Notes: generated by a model not told the origin, from the sequence alone. Positions 38,485-52,635 are shown, counted from the stretch's first letter. The stretch: 64,000 bases of DNA from Tubulanus polymorphus (GCF_964204645.1 NC_134029.1:10938850-11002849), one strand, 5' to 3'. Made by a program: numbers and translations.

Positions 38485-38525
<41 letters not shown>
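38485..38525. repeat. (TCA)n microsatellite
   Basis: About 13 perfect units. Confidence 0.95.
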
Positions 38526-38963
38526 GCCACGTTGATCACAACGAGATTCATTCCAACATTGAAAAATGTTCCATAATCTATATGTGGGTATTTCTGAACA
38601 ACAAATACTTGAGACTGACTAGAATCTATCACCGACTTGTTTGTTTGCCCCATCTGGAGTAAAGCAATGGGTAACTCACCTAGCTTTCTGATTAGATTCG
38701 CCCTATGATATTACTTGGACTCATTACACACATTGCTCGAAATACGGAGTGTCACAGGTTCAAGATCAATTATGAATTTTGCCATTAAAATTTGCCTCTG
38801 ACAAAGGGATTCATTAGAAGTCTACCCCCGACATCGTAAACGCTCGCACAATCAAATTGGCACAAACCCAGCGCTGCGCTGATTGTCATGATACTGTTAG
38901 ATTTTCTTTCGGTTTAGCATTTATCTTACGATGTAAGTATTTATTTATAAAGAAGAGTTCTTA

Positions 38964-39252
38964 GGCCATCCCAAAATAATTGTCTGGTTTTTTTTTCAAA
39001 ATTTTAGGGGAAAAAACTAATTTATCACCTTTTTTTACATGGAAACAATATCACAAATCTGTGTTGTGCACAGGAAATTTGGCTTAGGCCTATAGCCTAG
39101 ATTTCAAGAATACCTCGGTGTTCAAAATAAAACAGTACATTGAATATACACACGCTTTTACGTTACCAGATTTAATATAGTCACAAACATAAATAGCTCA
39201 TACATCAGCAGTGGGTCGGTCGGTCTGCCGTTTTTATCAAAAGTAAAATTTT
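38964..39252. mobile_element. Partial copy of the GGCCATCCC Harbinger-type MITE
   Basis: TTA|GGCCATCCCAAAATAATTGTCT; interior matches 18627-19740. Confidence 0.65.
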
Positions 39253-39804
39253 CTCGATTCAAGATGGCCAACTTTTGACCTACTTTCTGGTCAAATTGGC
39301 ATGTTTTGAACTTCTTATTGATACGGTGTCTTCTGTTTCTTCACTCACCTGGGGTTTTGTGATTATTGCTGTGTGTATGAGCGTACACTTTCACGCAACT
39401 GTGTTTACTTTCTACATGGGTCAAGTACAGAAATCAGGAAGTTGAGTCAACTTATCAACTTCACTTCAAAAAGTTGTGTGCGTGAACCGAGCATAGCAAA
39501 CTCTGGTGCATGTGGCAAATCACTTAACTGCCATATTGCCAACAGTGGTGTGTACGCAACTTCTTATTTACACTGTTCCTATATCATCCGCTCCTGGCTC
39601 ACAACTCATTAACCCCACAATTCATTCCACATCCCATTAGTCCAACATCTCAATGGTCCCACAATTTTTTCATTCGACTAACTGCGCCCTAGATATAAAT
39701 CTGTTGTATCAAGTAGTTATAGCAAAGTCTTTTGAGTCTTCTTGTTTTACCAAATTCTCATCTTGTATATTAATGTAGATGACTTCATTCTTTCTGTATT
39801 TCAG

Positions 39805-39874
39805 ATCCTAACAGAGCAGCCTGATAAACCAATGTCACAGATTTATGGCGCCATTCATCTTCTACGGCTGTTCG
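39805..39874 (+). CDS. MORF4L1: MRG15/MORF4L1 exon (MRG domain)
   Basis: TTTCAG|ILTEQPDKPMSQIYGAIHLLRLF(V)|GTAAGT. Confidence 0.97.
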
Positions 39875-41217
39875 GTAAGTGAATATAGGATATATCTTTT
39901 CTACTGAGGAACATATTTTAAACAAAGCATCAGGGGCTGGTTTCATAGGCCCTTTGAGAGACACAGAGAGAAAGTATTAGATACCAAGGATAAAGGTCAG
40001 CGCTGATGCCAGCCTTCAGAAAATTAGAATGTGTGTTTACTTTCAAATTGCATATTTCATATTTTCCATGAAAACCAAAGCCCTGGTAGTAGCAGGTTCC
40101 GAATGTTATTTGGTAAATTGATAAATTTTACCGTTTATGGTTTGTAAACATTGCTCACCTTCTAATATGAAATCAGTTCTATCGTTATCACTTTCATTTC
40201 CAATAACACAGAATCAATGTACTCGAATGGATTGAATTTCCTCCTGAGGTTCATCAAGGCAATAATACCTGCTTTTAAATTATCCCTGTTGCTGATAGAG
40301 CCTCGCATTGCAGCACCAAATCATTGGCCACTCTTCTATTTGCAGCCTTCCCTGCTTTCGAAGCTTTAGAAACTGTATCCATCTTTATCACACAACGCTT
40401 CGAGGGACCTAATGTTGTGATCACCACAACTAGAACAACTTGGTACCAGAAATAACTAATCTACTTTATTCCAATCACACTCATACATATACATAACAAT
40501 CACATGACCAAAAGCCCGGGAATTATTCCTGTGCATACAACAACAACACGACCAGACACACAAGAAAGAACCACTCTCCTCTTTGCTATGCATATTTCAT
40601 ATTTTACCATTATCGAACAATTGAACCCCTAAAGATATGGCTAGCTAAGGACCTGATCTTAATAGGCTTTCATGTTAGGCCAAAACAAAATATATTTGTG
40701 GATACAGTCTTCCAACCGATTCAAATAAATTACCGCGGAGTCATTGTATTTTTAGGCCAGCCATAGGCTGAGCCTATTACTATACAAATGGAGCAAATTT
40801 GAATGACACAGTTTTCAGAGCAAAGGCTCTTTGACTGTGCAACTGAGCATATATTCATACAAATCATTCATTGAAGCGGTATCCATTCTCGAAACCCTAT
40901 GAAGCTGAATTCAATGTGCGCTTTTTCGCAAAAATATCTGGTTTGAAAGGCCAATCAGAAAGCAAAGACTCCTTTATGATTGGCTTAATGCTTATGCTTG
41001 GAAAATGAAGGGAATTTAGAATCCTGTTCAATGGTCAACACAGTTTTATAAAATATATATATATAAAACTGTATTGTCAGTTACTAATAACTTTTGACAA
41101 AAAACATACAATCACAAATTTATAAAGATGGTGAAAGCAAGTCCGAAAAAAATCCGAAATAACACAAAACACATTATTCATCTAATAAACTAGTTCTCCT
41201 AAGCTTTTCCATATCTT

Positions 41218-44200
41218 TTAAAACCTAGAGATGTTTCCAACATAATTTGTTTTGCCCATTAAATTTATGAATTTATCGGTGTTCGGGTGTTCAAAATACT
41301 CTCTAGGGATGTATTGAGATCTGGGTGTAGCGTATGTGGGACATACTAGTAAAACGTGGTATAAATCTTCAATTTTATCATCATAACAAATAGAGCAGGT
41401 TCGATTCTCATAAGGTACTGGTTGTGGTCGTCGCCATCTGCCTATTTCTACACATAGATTATGATTCGAGCATCGGTACCTAGTAAAAATTATGCTGATC
41501 CACTTTGGTAAATCTAGGTATTGTTCATATACAATACTAGTCTTGTAGTTACGATAGTAAATGGCTCTACTTGATCTCTGAAGGGCATTTTGCCAGCATT
41601 GAGTGTACTGATCTTTTAAACGTTGCTCTATGGATTTAATAAACCATGATTCGTTCTCAACACCTTGACGGATCCAGAATTCCCCAAAGCCTAACTGGTT
41701 CAATAAATCTTTTACACTAGAGGCTCTGTTTGATATACCTTGATTTCTTTCTATATCAGACAACATTACATCATACATTTTTCTGATCAACTTATCTGGT
41801 TTTGATTTGAGCACTTTTAACCAGAACTTAATTATCTGGATTCGATGTTGGATTTTTAATGGGAATAGGCCTAATTCTCCGTGTACAAGAAAGTTAGGCG
41901 TGGATTGTTTAACTCCCAATAATGATTTGTAAAATCTGAGTGGTGTACGCCTTATCTTTGATCATTGCTTCAAGCCCCAGACCTGGGCACCATAGTTCAA
42001 GACGGGAGTTACCATGCTATGAAAAAATCTGAGAGCTATACCTGGAGTCATGTTTGGGTAGCGCATAAGATATTTCTACCTTTGTCGTATCATAGTTTAT
42101 TTCTAATCTCTTACCCTCGCAATTAAAGAAAACAATGTCCAAAGCGGTTTGAAGAGATTTGCCAATATTACCGTGTCATCAGCATATAATAGTAAAAGTA
42201 ATCTAAAAGTGCCTCGATAGATACCTTGGTAATCATCAGAGATAATAAACTCTATCATTGATGACTAAACTAAAAAGCAATGGGGAGAGGCATTCCCCGT
42301 CTTACTCCGATATTACAAACAAAGTAATCTGAAAAATCTATACTATAAAGCAGAACAGACGGTATTTACTGCGACACATTATAGGGAAATTAATGCATGT
42401 ATTGAACCGTCCTTTTACTGATGCTTAATACCAGTTTTTCCCGTCATCAAGTTACATGTTTTAAACAGATTGGTGGTCCGAGGGAGTCACAATATTCATT
42501 CTAAGCCCAGGCTAAAATTCGGTTAAAAAAGATGTGTTTGCCATCTAACAGTTAAGTACCGTACTATGCTTCTGTAGTAGTACTATAGTAATTTACTGAC
42601 CTGACCGACTTACGATACTCAACGCAGCATCAGAACAGTACATGACACAGTTCTCCCAACACTGATTTGTGCTTTAGTTGTTTAAAACATAGATTAAGAC
42701 ATTCATCACACGTAATTTTTGGATCAATATTAATATGATTGGACTTGGCGATATGTTCTGACCGTGTTGCCGGCCCATACGCAGCGTCTCAGAATGGTTC
42801 TTGAAGGGGGACAGGCCCATTGCGCAGTTTTCAGAATGGTTCCATACCACAGATAGGTTACTGGCAGATAGGGAGACACAAACGCAGCCTCTCGCAATGG
42901 CTCTGGGGGCTGCCGATGCGTGCGTTGGTGGTAAATTTTGTAAGAGAGCTTTCAGATAGTACATACGGTTTTTGGAGAAGGGTAAGCAGATAATGTAAAA
43001 CTTAGTACGGGGAGCGGGTCAAAGCAAAATGTACATACTATTCTGACAGGAGCTCTCTTAAGAAAATGTATGTATATATGAGAGATATCAAAAAATAATG
43101 TCAAACAGCAATACAAAATACAGAATCCTAATCATCGTCGAGCGACTATCTCGGTAATTTTCAATTAATAGTCTTTCAATTTAAGCATGATATCATGCAA
43201 TTCGTTGGTTGAATGGAGGGGATTTTTAAATGAACGTATGGGTGGTGTGGTCAATATAGAAAGTACAAAGATCGAACAAGGAGGGGCCTAAAAATGGCTG
43301 GGGCAGAATTTACTGTTAGTTATTTGAATGACAGGTAAATTTTTGAAATGTTCGAACAAATCATTGAGGCTAGGAAGCTCACTGTGTTGAGTACAATCAC
43401 CCTTGAATTTTCTCCAGAGACATCTGAAGGATTACACGAGTCTATAGCGTATAATAAATCACAGAGAGCCGCTTCATCATTTTGCCGTGGCTATTGTTAT
43501 TTTAAAGTGGTCTTTGGCTTCCTTCATAAGTATACAGTTTAGTTCATTTGGGTAAAGTTTAAACCTGAGGTTTGCTTGACTGAATCTGTTTCGTGCCCTT
43601 TTGCAATCATTGTTATACCAGGATTTAGACTTCTGGTTTTTATTCCAACCAGTGTCTTCAGTGTCTTTGATACCATGGACGTTCTCTACAGCTGTTTGAA
43701 TACGCGTTGTGAAATCACATACTAATTAATCTATTGAGTCGTGGTCATGTTTCTTATTTAGTGAATTGAAAAGGATAAAATCAAGATTATTTTGAAAGTC
43801 ATCAGCTTCAATTAATGGTCTAAACTGAGTTCCGAGTTCTTTACGCCATTTGTATCTATGGCGAGTTATATTATTGAAGAGAGGTACACGAACACCATCA
43901 TTACTAATCATAACTTTTAGTGATGAAGATAAGATAGCATGGTCAGTAAATGGAAGTTCATCCGATATTTCAAAATGATTCAGAGAACCCAAAAGGTTAA
44001 AATCGAGTAATGCATAATCTACAACACTTGTTACCAGCTGATTTCCCCTGTTGTTTGTCACAGGATGCCCTGCCATTCAAAATCAGCAGATTTGTACCAG
44101 AGCACATCTCGAGTAAATGCCGGCCACCATTATCAGGTCTGACATTACCGTCTTACGATTCCCTCTAAAGATTCAAATTATGATTTTAAAACAAATTACC

Positions 44201-44405
44201 TATATTAATGTCTCGTTCGAGAAACAGTGAACTCATATCAGGGTCTGGTGGTAGCCCTAAACGAGTATTTGTGCGTGAGTTAAAATCCCTAACAACTACT
44301 GCCAGGCCGTCTAACTGATGGGCGAGGTTCTCGCAGCTTAATTCATTATAGAAATCACTAAGATAATGAGTATCACATGACATATACACTAAACGTAAAT
44401 AAATA
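41218..44405 (-). mobile_element. Non-LTR retrotransposon A (possibly RTE-X-like), 3' part: end of APE, decayed RT, C-terminal CCHC region
   Basis: RDFNSRT, SVVDYAL, FTDHAIL (APE); GECLSPLLFSLVIND and LLYADD (RT, ~42170-42300); HGELGLFPL..CSICYDDKIEDLYHVLLVC. Foreign or decayed sequence at ~42440-43100. Confidence 0.85.
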
Positions 44406-44412
44406 GGTTGTT

Positions 44413-44425
44413 CAAAATGGCCGCC
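44413..44425 (+). promoter_or_regulatory. YY1-like motif at the 5' end of LINE B
   Basis: CAAAATGGCCGCC at +8 from the TSD-defined 5' end, a position like the YY1 site of mammalian L1. Confidence 0.45.
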
Positions 44426-44771
44426 TATGTAAGGTGCACTGTTTAGCTGTTCCTGCTTAAGTTGGATATAAATACCAAAATATGGAGGGAAAATTGTCCT
44501 AAGTTACATTATACAAACAGTGGAATAATAATTCAGCTATTGTGGATGGAGATCGGTATTTGCAGAGGATTACTCCAGGTGTATGGCTATGTTTAAATAA
44601 GCTGAGTTAACTTTGTATATTTGACTTTAAATCAGGTCTTTATTGATAGTACTGATATTGACACTGACACTACTGTCTGCAGATTAGCTACTTGCTGCCC
44701 TTCTGTTTTGCTTACATTGATACGTTAACATAACTTAGTGATTGAACAATTTGGACATATAAGACAACCCA

Positions 44772-45803
44772 ATGATGAGTCAGACGAGCCAAACCAGTAT
44801 TGACAAAAAAACCCTCCTGTGTGAAAAAGAAAAAGAAAAGGAGAGTATTCTAAATTCTGATGATAATGAAATGAGTGATGATGAGTGCCAGGATAGTTGT
44901 ATAGATCCTTCCTTCTCCATATCACCATCCATCACACCTCAATTCGTGCATGAACGTGTTCGCAAAGACTCAAAACTTGAACCAGCGCGTAAAAAAAATC
45001 GTAAAAGGGAACGCATGTCTACAGCCTCAGATTCAGGTAATAATGTTGACTTTCTAGCTGAGTTGATGACTAAAATGGAGGATATGAAAAGTGAGATTAT
45101 AAGTGAAAACAAGAAAACTCTCAACAGTCTGAAAGCTGGCATGAAAAGTATGGTTGAAAAGCAACTGGCTGCTCAAAATAAAACCTTTGAAAATATGTTG
45201 CGTCGTCATGATACACGTCTATATGACTTAGAGAGGCAATATGAATCACTTCACTCCGAACTTCGGGAACTACGTGATATGAAGGAAGCCGTGAAGAAAT
45301 CGGAATCCGAAATGATAAAACTTAAAATGAAAGTCACTGAAAACAATCAATATCCTCGTAGAAATAATCTGAGATTCTTTAATATTGAGCATTCTGAGGG
45401 TGAGAACTGTAAAGAAATCATTGTGTCGTCTCTAAATAACCATTTGAAAGATCAAATTAAGCCACTACGTTCCACCGACATTGAAATCGCGCACCGAGTG
45501 CCCTCTATAACCTGGTCAACTGGGACTGATAAGATTTATGCTGACGCAACCATAGTGAAATTTTTTGATCGCCAGATTCGAAATGAGATATATTTTAATA
45601 AAAAGGATCTAAAAGAGGCAGATTTTTACGTGTCTGTAGACTTATGCCCTGAGATGAGCTCTATAAAGAAGAAAGCCGAAGAGTCTGGTTTCTTTAAGAA
45701 AGTTTGGGCAAATGCAAATGGGGTGCTGTTCGGGAGTAAGAAATCTGATGAATCTAAGCATAAGCTGAATCTTCTTGATCCTGCCTTTGGAATCCTGCAG
45801 TAA
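44772..45803 (+). CDS. LINE B ORF1 (coiled coil + L1-ORF1-type RRM/CTD), open
   Basis: 343-aa ORF with heptad-rich region and RRNNLRFFNIE..IEIAHRV..IVKF..VSVDL motifs. Confidence 0.88.
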   Translation: MMSQTSQTSIDKKTLLCEKEKEKESILNSDDNEMSDDECQDSCIDPSFSISPSITPQFVHERVRKDSKLEPARKKNRKRERMSTASDSGNNVDFLAELMTKMEDMKSEIISENKKTLNSLKAGMKSMVEKQLAAQNKTFENMLRRHDTRLYDLERQYESLHSELRELRDMKEAVKKSESEMIKLKMKVTENNQYPRRNNLRFFNIEHSEGENCKEIIVSSLNNHLKDQIKPLRSTDIEIAHRVPSITWSTGTDKIYADATIVKFFDRQIRNEIYFNKKDLKEADFYVSVDLCPEMSSIKKKAEESGFFKKVWANANGVLFGSKKSDESKHKLNLLDPAFGILQ

Positions 45804-46485
45804 AAATTTCAAAAATTATGAACTGATTAAACTCTAGCATGTGATCCGGTGGTGTTCCGAGTTTGGCAGCTGAACTTATAAATGTTTGTAGTGCTTGGCA
45901 GGTGTGACTATTCTACCCAGAGTCACATATTGTTTGAGAAGAATATCCATGATCAAGCTTTCTGAACTATTGTAACTTAGCCGACCAGTACTTTTATAGT
46001 AAAACGGCCAGCATGTATTCATTTCACGAGTATAATCTGGTCTGTCGAGCCTCGATGCTCCTGTTATTTAGTTTCCATCTCCATGAGACTCAAAAATGTA
46101 AAAAAGTTGATTCCAACTTAGCTGTTCCTTAGAAGTTTAGATAAATACGTTTTCTTGTTTGCGTGTATATGACAATAGTATTTTTTTTCTATTTTTTCAT
46201 ATGTTACTTAGCTACTAATTGACTTAGTTTCGAAATTTATCAATCAATCTAGTTCTAGTCTGAAATATGCCAAAAAAAATTTATATGGATTCATCTTTGA
46301 CTACTTGCAGAAGAAATATTCTTTTTGGTGCCTGGAGGCTAGGCATAGGTTAAAATGCCTGTAAATTACTTGCATCACAGAGTGTGTGCTGGAAATTTTA
46401 GAAATTGTTTTCTATTACCTAGGTCTAAAAATATAGACAATAGCCAATTTTGGAGCCTTATTTTTATTTCATTTAAAATTCTTAA

Positions 46486-47922
46486 AGGGTAACTGACACT
46501 TTTTTTTTTATTTCAAAATATGATGTATTCTATTGATCTATACACTCATCTTCAACCGTTCTGTTCCAAAATGTTTAGTTAACGCGCAATTTGTGATTTT
46601 GTAACAAGATTTTTGACCTCATTTCGTTGTTTACATCGCTTACTGTTCAGCGTCGGCTAAATCAGCAGGTGCGCGCTGCAACGTCATTACAGGCAGAGCT
46701 GAGAAATAGCGTCTATAGAAATGTGTTGAATTTTGAGGAAACTGCGTGTATTTTCTGTTATATCTCAATGCCAGATTGTTTTACAGCTTTGAAACTGGCC
46801 AGGGAGTTAAAAGGATCTATTGTCTATTGCATAAACCTATTTCAAAGAATCAATGAGTAATTTGAATAGGCTAAATCGATCAAATTGAAGATGCAGATTT
46901 CAATCCGCTGCTATGAAGCTATTTTAAAGTACACTATGCTAAGCTCTCAGCACTGTTACTGCTGCTCCATAGTTCACCTATAGTTCAGCACCACAAGCAT
47001 ACTACAGTGTCTTATGTAATCACAGATTTCGATCTCGCTAAAGAATAAATAGATTCATATTCGTTTACTATTTTTCAAAGTCATTTAAGACTAAGTAGGC
47101 CTAGTTTTAAAACTAACACTTCAAAACTCTACAAAAACTTTCATAAATTTCTACAGCTTTACAACAAATATTCAAAGGAATAATGTTTTTCGATTAAAGT
47201 TTCACGCTGCAGAAGAGTTTTGATAGATTACATCACAAATCTTTCACAAATGTTATTTCTAAGTTTTAAAATAGGATGGATGAGGAAATATTCTTATTTT
47301 GTGACCAAAGCCGCTACCAATACGAGGTATATTTCAAGAAAAGAATTGAAATTATTCTTGCGGCTAATTCTGTCTAAGTTTCATCATCAGTTCATTAGTC
47401 AAAATATTCTTAGATCTAACCATGATCTTACTTACTATCACTAAATGATATTACAAAACGATGATATAAACATCCGTGTTCCCTGCTGTCTACTAGAAAA
47501 TGCCATGGATTGCTATTCAAATCCTATTTTTGCGCTTAGTTGGAACGGATATGGTCCATTCAACAGTTAAGTATAATCATTAATATGTAGACTTTCAAAA
47601 TCAAGAGGCATTTTGTCTCAATTCGAATGCCAAATAGGTATAAAATTAAGTTGAATTGCTCTTGTAGCTTATTTCCTATTCATTTCTATAGACATCATTT
47701 CCGAGCCGTTACTTTAGTGACGTAGTTCTATTAATAGACACAGTACCACGCGTTCAGCAGAAGCAATGTATACACTGAACAGGTGCGCGAGCATCAAAAT
47801 CATCAATTCTGACTAGATTGAAAAGATTTGTCCAATTATGAAATCACCTAGCCTTATTGTATACTATAATATATCGTTTAGTGTAAAAAGTAGAAAATCT
47901 TTTAAAAAGTGTCAGTTACCCT
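46486..47922. mobile_element. Non-autonomous Kolobok-type element in the LINE B inter-ORF spacer
   Basis: TTAA at 46482-46485 and 47923-47926; perfect 19-bp TIR AGGGTAACTGACACTTTTT. Confidence 0.9.
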
Positions 47923-48014
47923 TTAAAATCATCGAAATAGGCATTGGCTTGTTGTTTGATATGCCTCTTTGACCTGGAAGTGTTAGTTAAAGTTATTGCC
48001 TTTCGCTGTGTCTT

Positions 48015-49818
48015 GTGAGTTATACTAGTAATGTACTTATTCTAATTGTTGTCATATATTGTTGGCTTGCAATAATGAAACGTGTATCTAATCATACTTA
48101 TAATGTCCGTACTATCCTACTATTGCTCCATGGATCACTAATGATGATGTTTATCCCTGGCTCAGTGAATTTGATATATCTTGTTCATACCAAAAGTTTG
48201 CTTATTCTTTTATGTAATGATGTAGAATTGAATCCAGGGCCTGATAAACCAATGAATATTCTGTTTGATAACATAAATAGTATTGGTGCAGACCAAAACA
48301 CTCGCTTTGAATTATTCAAAAAACTAATACATGAAAAGGGAGTTTCTGTAGCTGCACTTTGTGAAGTTGGGGACATAAGTTGTAACCTTAATTCATACGA
48401 AATTCCTGAATATGATATAATCAACTACACAAAAAGAAATAGAGGTATCATAGTGTATGTGCATGATTCTTTCGTCTGTGACTTGGAGCGTATATATCAG
48501 GATAATGACCATAGTTATGGTACCTGGATCAAAATTAAAATAAACTATAAAAATATTTTTGTAGGCTTCTATTATCGGTCACCATCGCAATCCAGTGATG
48601 AGAGGTTATTATTTTTTGAACTTCTCAAAACTACTATCGAACACATTCAAGAAAATAATTCACCTGAAAATAGTGCAATATATGTTTTGGGTGATTTCAA
48701 TAGCAAACATAATTCATGGTATAAGCATGATATTACAAGTACGCCTGGTAGGCAGCTTAAGGATGTAAATGATGGCTGTAATATGACACAATTGATCCAT
48801 GTACCTTCCAGGGTAACAGGAAATAGTAAATCGTGCATTGATCTTGTTTTTACAGATTCACCAGGTTATGTAAATTGTGGTATTGTCTCAGAATCGATTG
48901 AAAATTCAGACCATTGTGTATTGGTTGTGTCCCTTTCAATTCGTATTAGTAAAAAAGAGTCTTATAAAAAACGAATCTGGAATTATGAGTCATGTAATTT
49001 TGATAGACTAACAAAATTTCAATCTAGTGGACTGGAATGATATATTAAATATAAGTGACCCTGATGATATGGTGACCGAATTCTCAAACGAAGTAATGGA
49101 TGTTTATAAAAATTCTATTCTGAACCGTTGTGTTACTGTTAGAAATACTTGGTTTAAGGATAAGATTAGAAGTGAAATAAATCATCAGAAAACTCAGAAA
49201 ACTGGTAACCCTCATTATTTCAATAGCTATAAATTGCAGTCAAACTATGTAAATCGCCTGATTGCTGAACAAAGAGAGAACCATGAAAATAAATTACTAA
49301 ATGGCCTTGGAAGTACATCATCATCAAAACGTAATTACTGGACAATTATTAGAAAACTATTGGGTGATAAATTTGATAGTGGTACACCAACTCTCTTTGA
49401 TCAAGAATCAAATAAAGAATGTACCTCGAGTTTCGAAAAAATTACTGAATTCAGTGACAAAAAAATATCATAATGTCAAAAACTTTGATGATTTTCTGAT
49501 TTCCCAGACCGATGTGTAAATAATGTTACAATTAACTTAACATCTCCGGATTCTATCTCCAAATTGATACAACAGTTGGCTATTAACAAAGCCTGTGGTC
49601 CGGATGGTATAACAAACAGAATGTTAAAAGCTTCACCTCTGATTTCTGAGCTATTTAATAACCTACTTAGTAAAGACTCATTCCCAGAAAAGTGGAAATT
49701 AGGCATCGTGTCTTGTAGCTACAAGAAAGGGGGTAAAAGCAACCCAGAAAACTATCGACCTATTACACTGTTCAATACCCTGTCTAAACTGTATGAATGT
49801 GTAATCTATGATGCAATA
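48015..49818 (+). pseudogene. LINE B ORF2, 5' part: hydrophobic leader, 2A-like peptide, APE endonuclease, RT start (frameshifted)
   Basis: DVELNPGP; ALCE, YYRSP, LGDFNS, CIDLVFT, SDH; KACGPDGI, NYRPITL. Confidence 0.9.
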
Positions 49819-50097
49819 GTAGGAATCCGGTACATAACTTCTCCGACAGAACTCCTCCAGACAAAACTTCTCCACCATTTCTCCTCCTGGACATAACTCC
49901 TCCTTATCGGGTAAATTTCTCCTCCGTGGGTTTTCTTTACTTATAATAAGAGATAATACTTTTAAGTTTATTAATGCTTGTAAGTATGATGATAAGGACT
50001 TAGGTGGTGACATGTAATTATCATATTACCGGTATATGAACATAGGTTATCACAAGTAAACTGAGATTATAGGTCCATGGTTTGCACTGTCTTGTTT

Positions 50098-50410
50098 AAC
50101 AATACCCTAACGGGTGAACTGAAATAACTATTATTCATTGACAGATTTAATGTATTGTTTCTTTTGATTAAAGAACAGCTAATTAATTAATAGATAAATT
50201 AATGAAATAATCATTGAATAGATTCCCTTTAATCTTTGAACAATATCCTAACAGGTGAACTGAAATCATTGGTACTTGTTGACAAAATTAACGCATTGTT
50301 TCCTTAGGGTAAAGAATAGCTAATTGATTAATAGATAAATTAATGAAATAATCAATGAATAGATTCCCTTTAATCTTTTGAACAATACACTAACAGGTGA
50401 ACTGAAATTA
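50098..50410. repeat. ~141-bp tandem repeat (2.2 copies) inside the MULE
   Basis: AACAATA..CTAAC.GGTGAACTGAAAT at 50098, 50239 and 50381. Confidence 0.85.
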
Positions 50411-51217
50411 TTTATTTTGAATCAGTACAGTATCATTAAAATAAGTATTATGTTTTAATCAAGACTCAGAATATATTCTGAATCTTCAGAAATATATATA
50501 CGGGGAACTATGAAATATGTCTTATGAGAATGTCCCTATGCCTACCTACTCGACATAGTCCCATTAAAAACTATTTAAGTATCAGTAATTCTAACAGTAT
50601 ATTTGATTAAAAGGAAAAAATTTTTCCACGGGAAAAGCCCTGAAGACAAGAAACCTCTCAGTTTTGACGTTTCATATACGTTTCATATACTAAGCATTTA
50701 GTTGTTTCATTTAAATTATCAAACTGATATCATACGCTAGCAGTGTAATCGATGTTAATTTACTTATCATGACTCAGTAATGGACCATCGAAAATATACG
50801 GAGAACTGTGAAATAGTATGTGTTGATATCAGAATGTGCTTTTGCATGATATGTATAGCTCGTCTGAAAATCATTTTGATTTTTTGTCCTTTTTGCTAGA
50901 GATTAATTGCTCTCTAGAGACTTCTCATTTTTTCACCTGCAACGCCATGACAAGGCAATAAGCTTTACTGAAAAAACATCAGAGAGATCAGTATTTTTTC
51001 AATGCAATGAAATAAAATTGATTATAAAAAGTAAATAGAACTCAGTCAGTTATATTTACTGAATATCTGTCGGAACATGGTCCGGCAAATTAAGATTGTA
51101 ATTATACCAATTATACTGTTTGCCAATTGTTTGTGAATTCTTATCACCTGGTGTATATAAGCCCCCCAATTCTTGGGTGTTTATTCATTTCTCAGTGAAA
51201 CAGCAAACAGTATAACT

Positions 51218-52635
51218 ATGGCAGAGATCATCAAGACAGCTAGAGGAGGCAGCAAGTTATGTTTTAATGGGCATATGTACCTGAAACAGTACTCAAGAAA
51301 CAACAAGATTTGATGGGCATGTGTGAAGAAAGGCGCAGATCGATGTCGCGGTGCTGTACATACAGACCTACTCAACAACAATCCAATTGAGTCGGTTGAA
51401 CATAACCATGGACAAGATGCTGCTGAAGTAAAGTGTACCAAACTCCGCAACCAAATGAAAGAGATGGCACAAAACTCGACCAGCAATCCAGTCCAAATCT
51501 ATTCCCAAGTAGTTTCAACTATACACAGCGAAGCTGTTAAAATCCGTCTAGCGAATGAATGCGCGTGTAAGAAGTCGATACAGCGCAAGCGCCGAAAGAA
51601 TATGCCAAAGGTACCGCAGAATTTGGAAGAGCTGGTGATAGAAGGAAGATGGGCCACAACTGGCAACACAACAGAAGATGGGGAGGAAAGAGAGGGGCAG
51701 GGATTCCTGTTGTATGACAACGAGATGCCCGGAAGAAGAATTATCATATACGCCACCGATGTCGGCTTACAAAAACTCTCCGCAGCAACTAGTTGGTTTA
51801 TGGATGGTGCATTCAGCATGAGTCCTCCACTTTTCAATCAAGTTTACGTGATCTGTGTACCTCTGGGCTCATCCTACATCTCTGTTGCATACGCCCTACT
51901 GGAAAGAAAAGACCACGAAACCTACAACAAAATGCACAGTATCATTAATAACCGATGTCAAGAAATGCAGCTCTTGCCTGAACCAGAATACATCATGATC
52001 GACTTCGAGCAAGCTGTACACAAAGCCATAGATTCAGCTTTTGATGGTCAAGTTGAATCACGTGGCTGCTTTTTTCGTCTAACCCAAGCAACATGGAGGA
52101 AAGTACAATCTCTGGGACTACAGCAAACATACCGCAATGATCCGGAGTTTCGAATGTTTTTTGGCATGATAGATGGCTTGGCATTTCTACCTGTTGCGGA
52201 CGTTCCTCGAGGTTTCCAGCATCTTGCGGAGAATGCTGTAGATGATGCAGTGGAGATCCTGGACTATTTTAATTCGGTTTATGTTAATGGATCATACAGA
52301 CCTGTTCGTGCTCCGAATGGAATCCTGCGATTGAGGCGCTCACCTCCTCTGTTCCCACCCGAAAAATGGAATGTTCATGAGGCTACTTTAAATAGTGATG
52401 CCAGGACAAATAACATATGTGAGGCCTGGAACAATAAATTCTATAATCTAGTTGGGCATAAGCACCCATCAGTTTGCAGTTTGCAGTAGGGCAACGGCCT
52501 GCAAAACGTCAGCAAAAGAAATACATGGACTTACAAATATGTCTCAGGAATCTGTGCTTGGACTATAATAACGGACAAAAAGACATAGGTCAATTCTTAA
52601 GTGCTGTTGGCCAAAACATGCGCATTTTAAGTTAA
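51218..52635 (+). pseudogene. FLYWCH-MULE DDE transposase, disrupted
   Basis: FLYWCH-like N-terminus (LCFNGHMY..WAC..C..HNH); WFMDGAF, IMIDFE, GCFFRL (CxxH His replaced by Arg), RTNNICEAWN. Stop at 51311 and a deletion/frameshift at ~52476. Confidence 0.9.

Noticed and set aside
38357-38662. Poly-serine ORF
   Set aside because: Translation of the (TCA)n microsatellite.
51311-51313. Programmed readthrough or selenocysteine at the in-frame TGA of the MULE transposase
   Set aside because: More simply a nonsense mutation (e.g. CGA>TGA); the gene has other lesions (CxxH His lost, 3' deletion).
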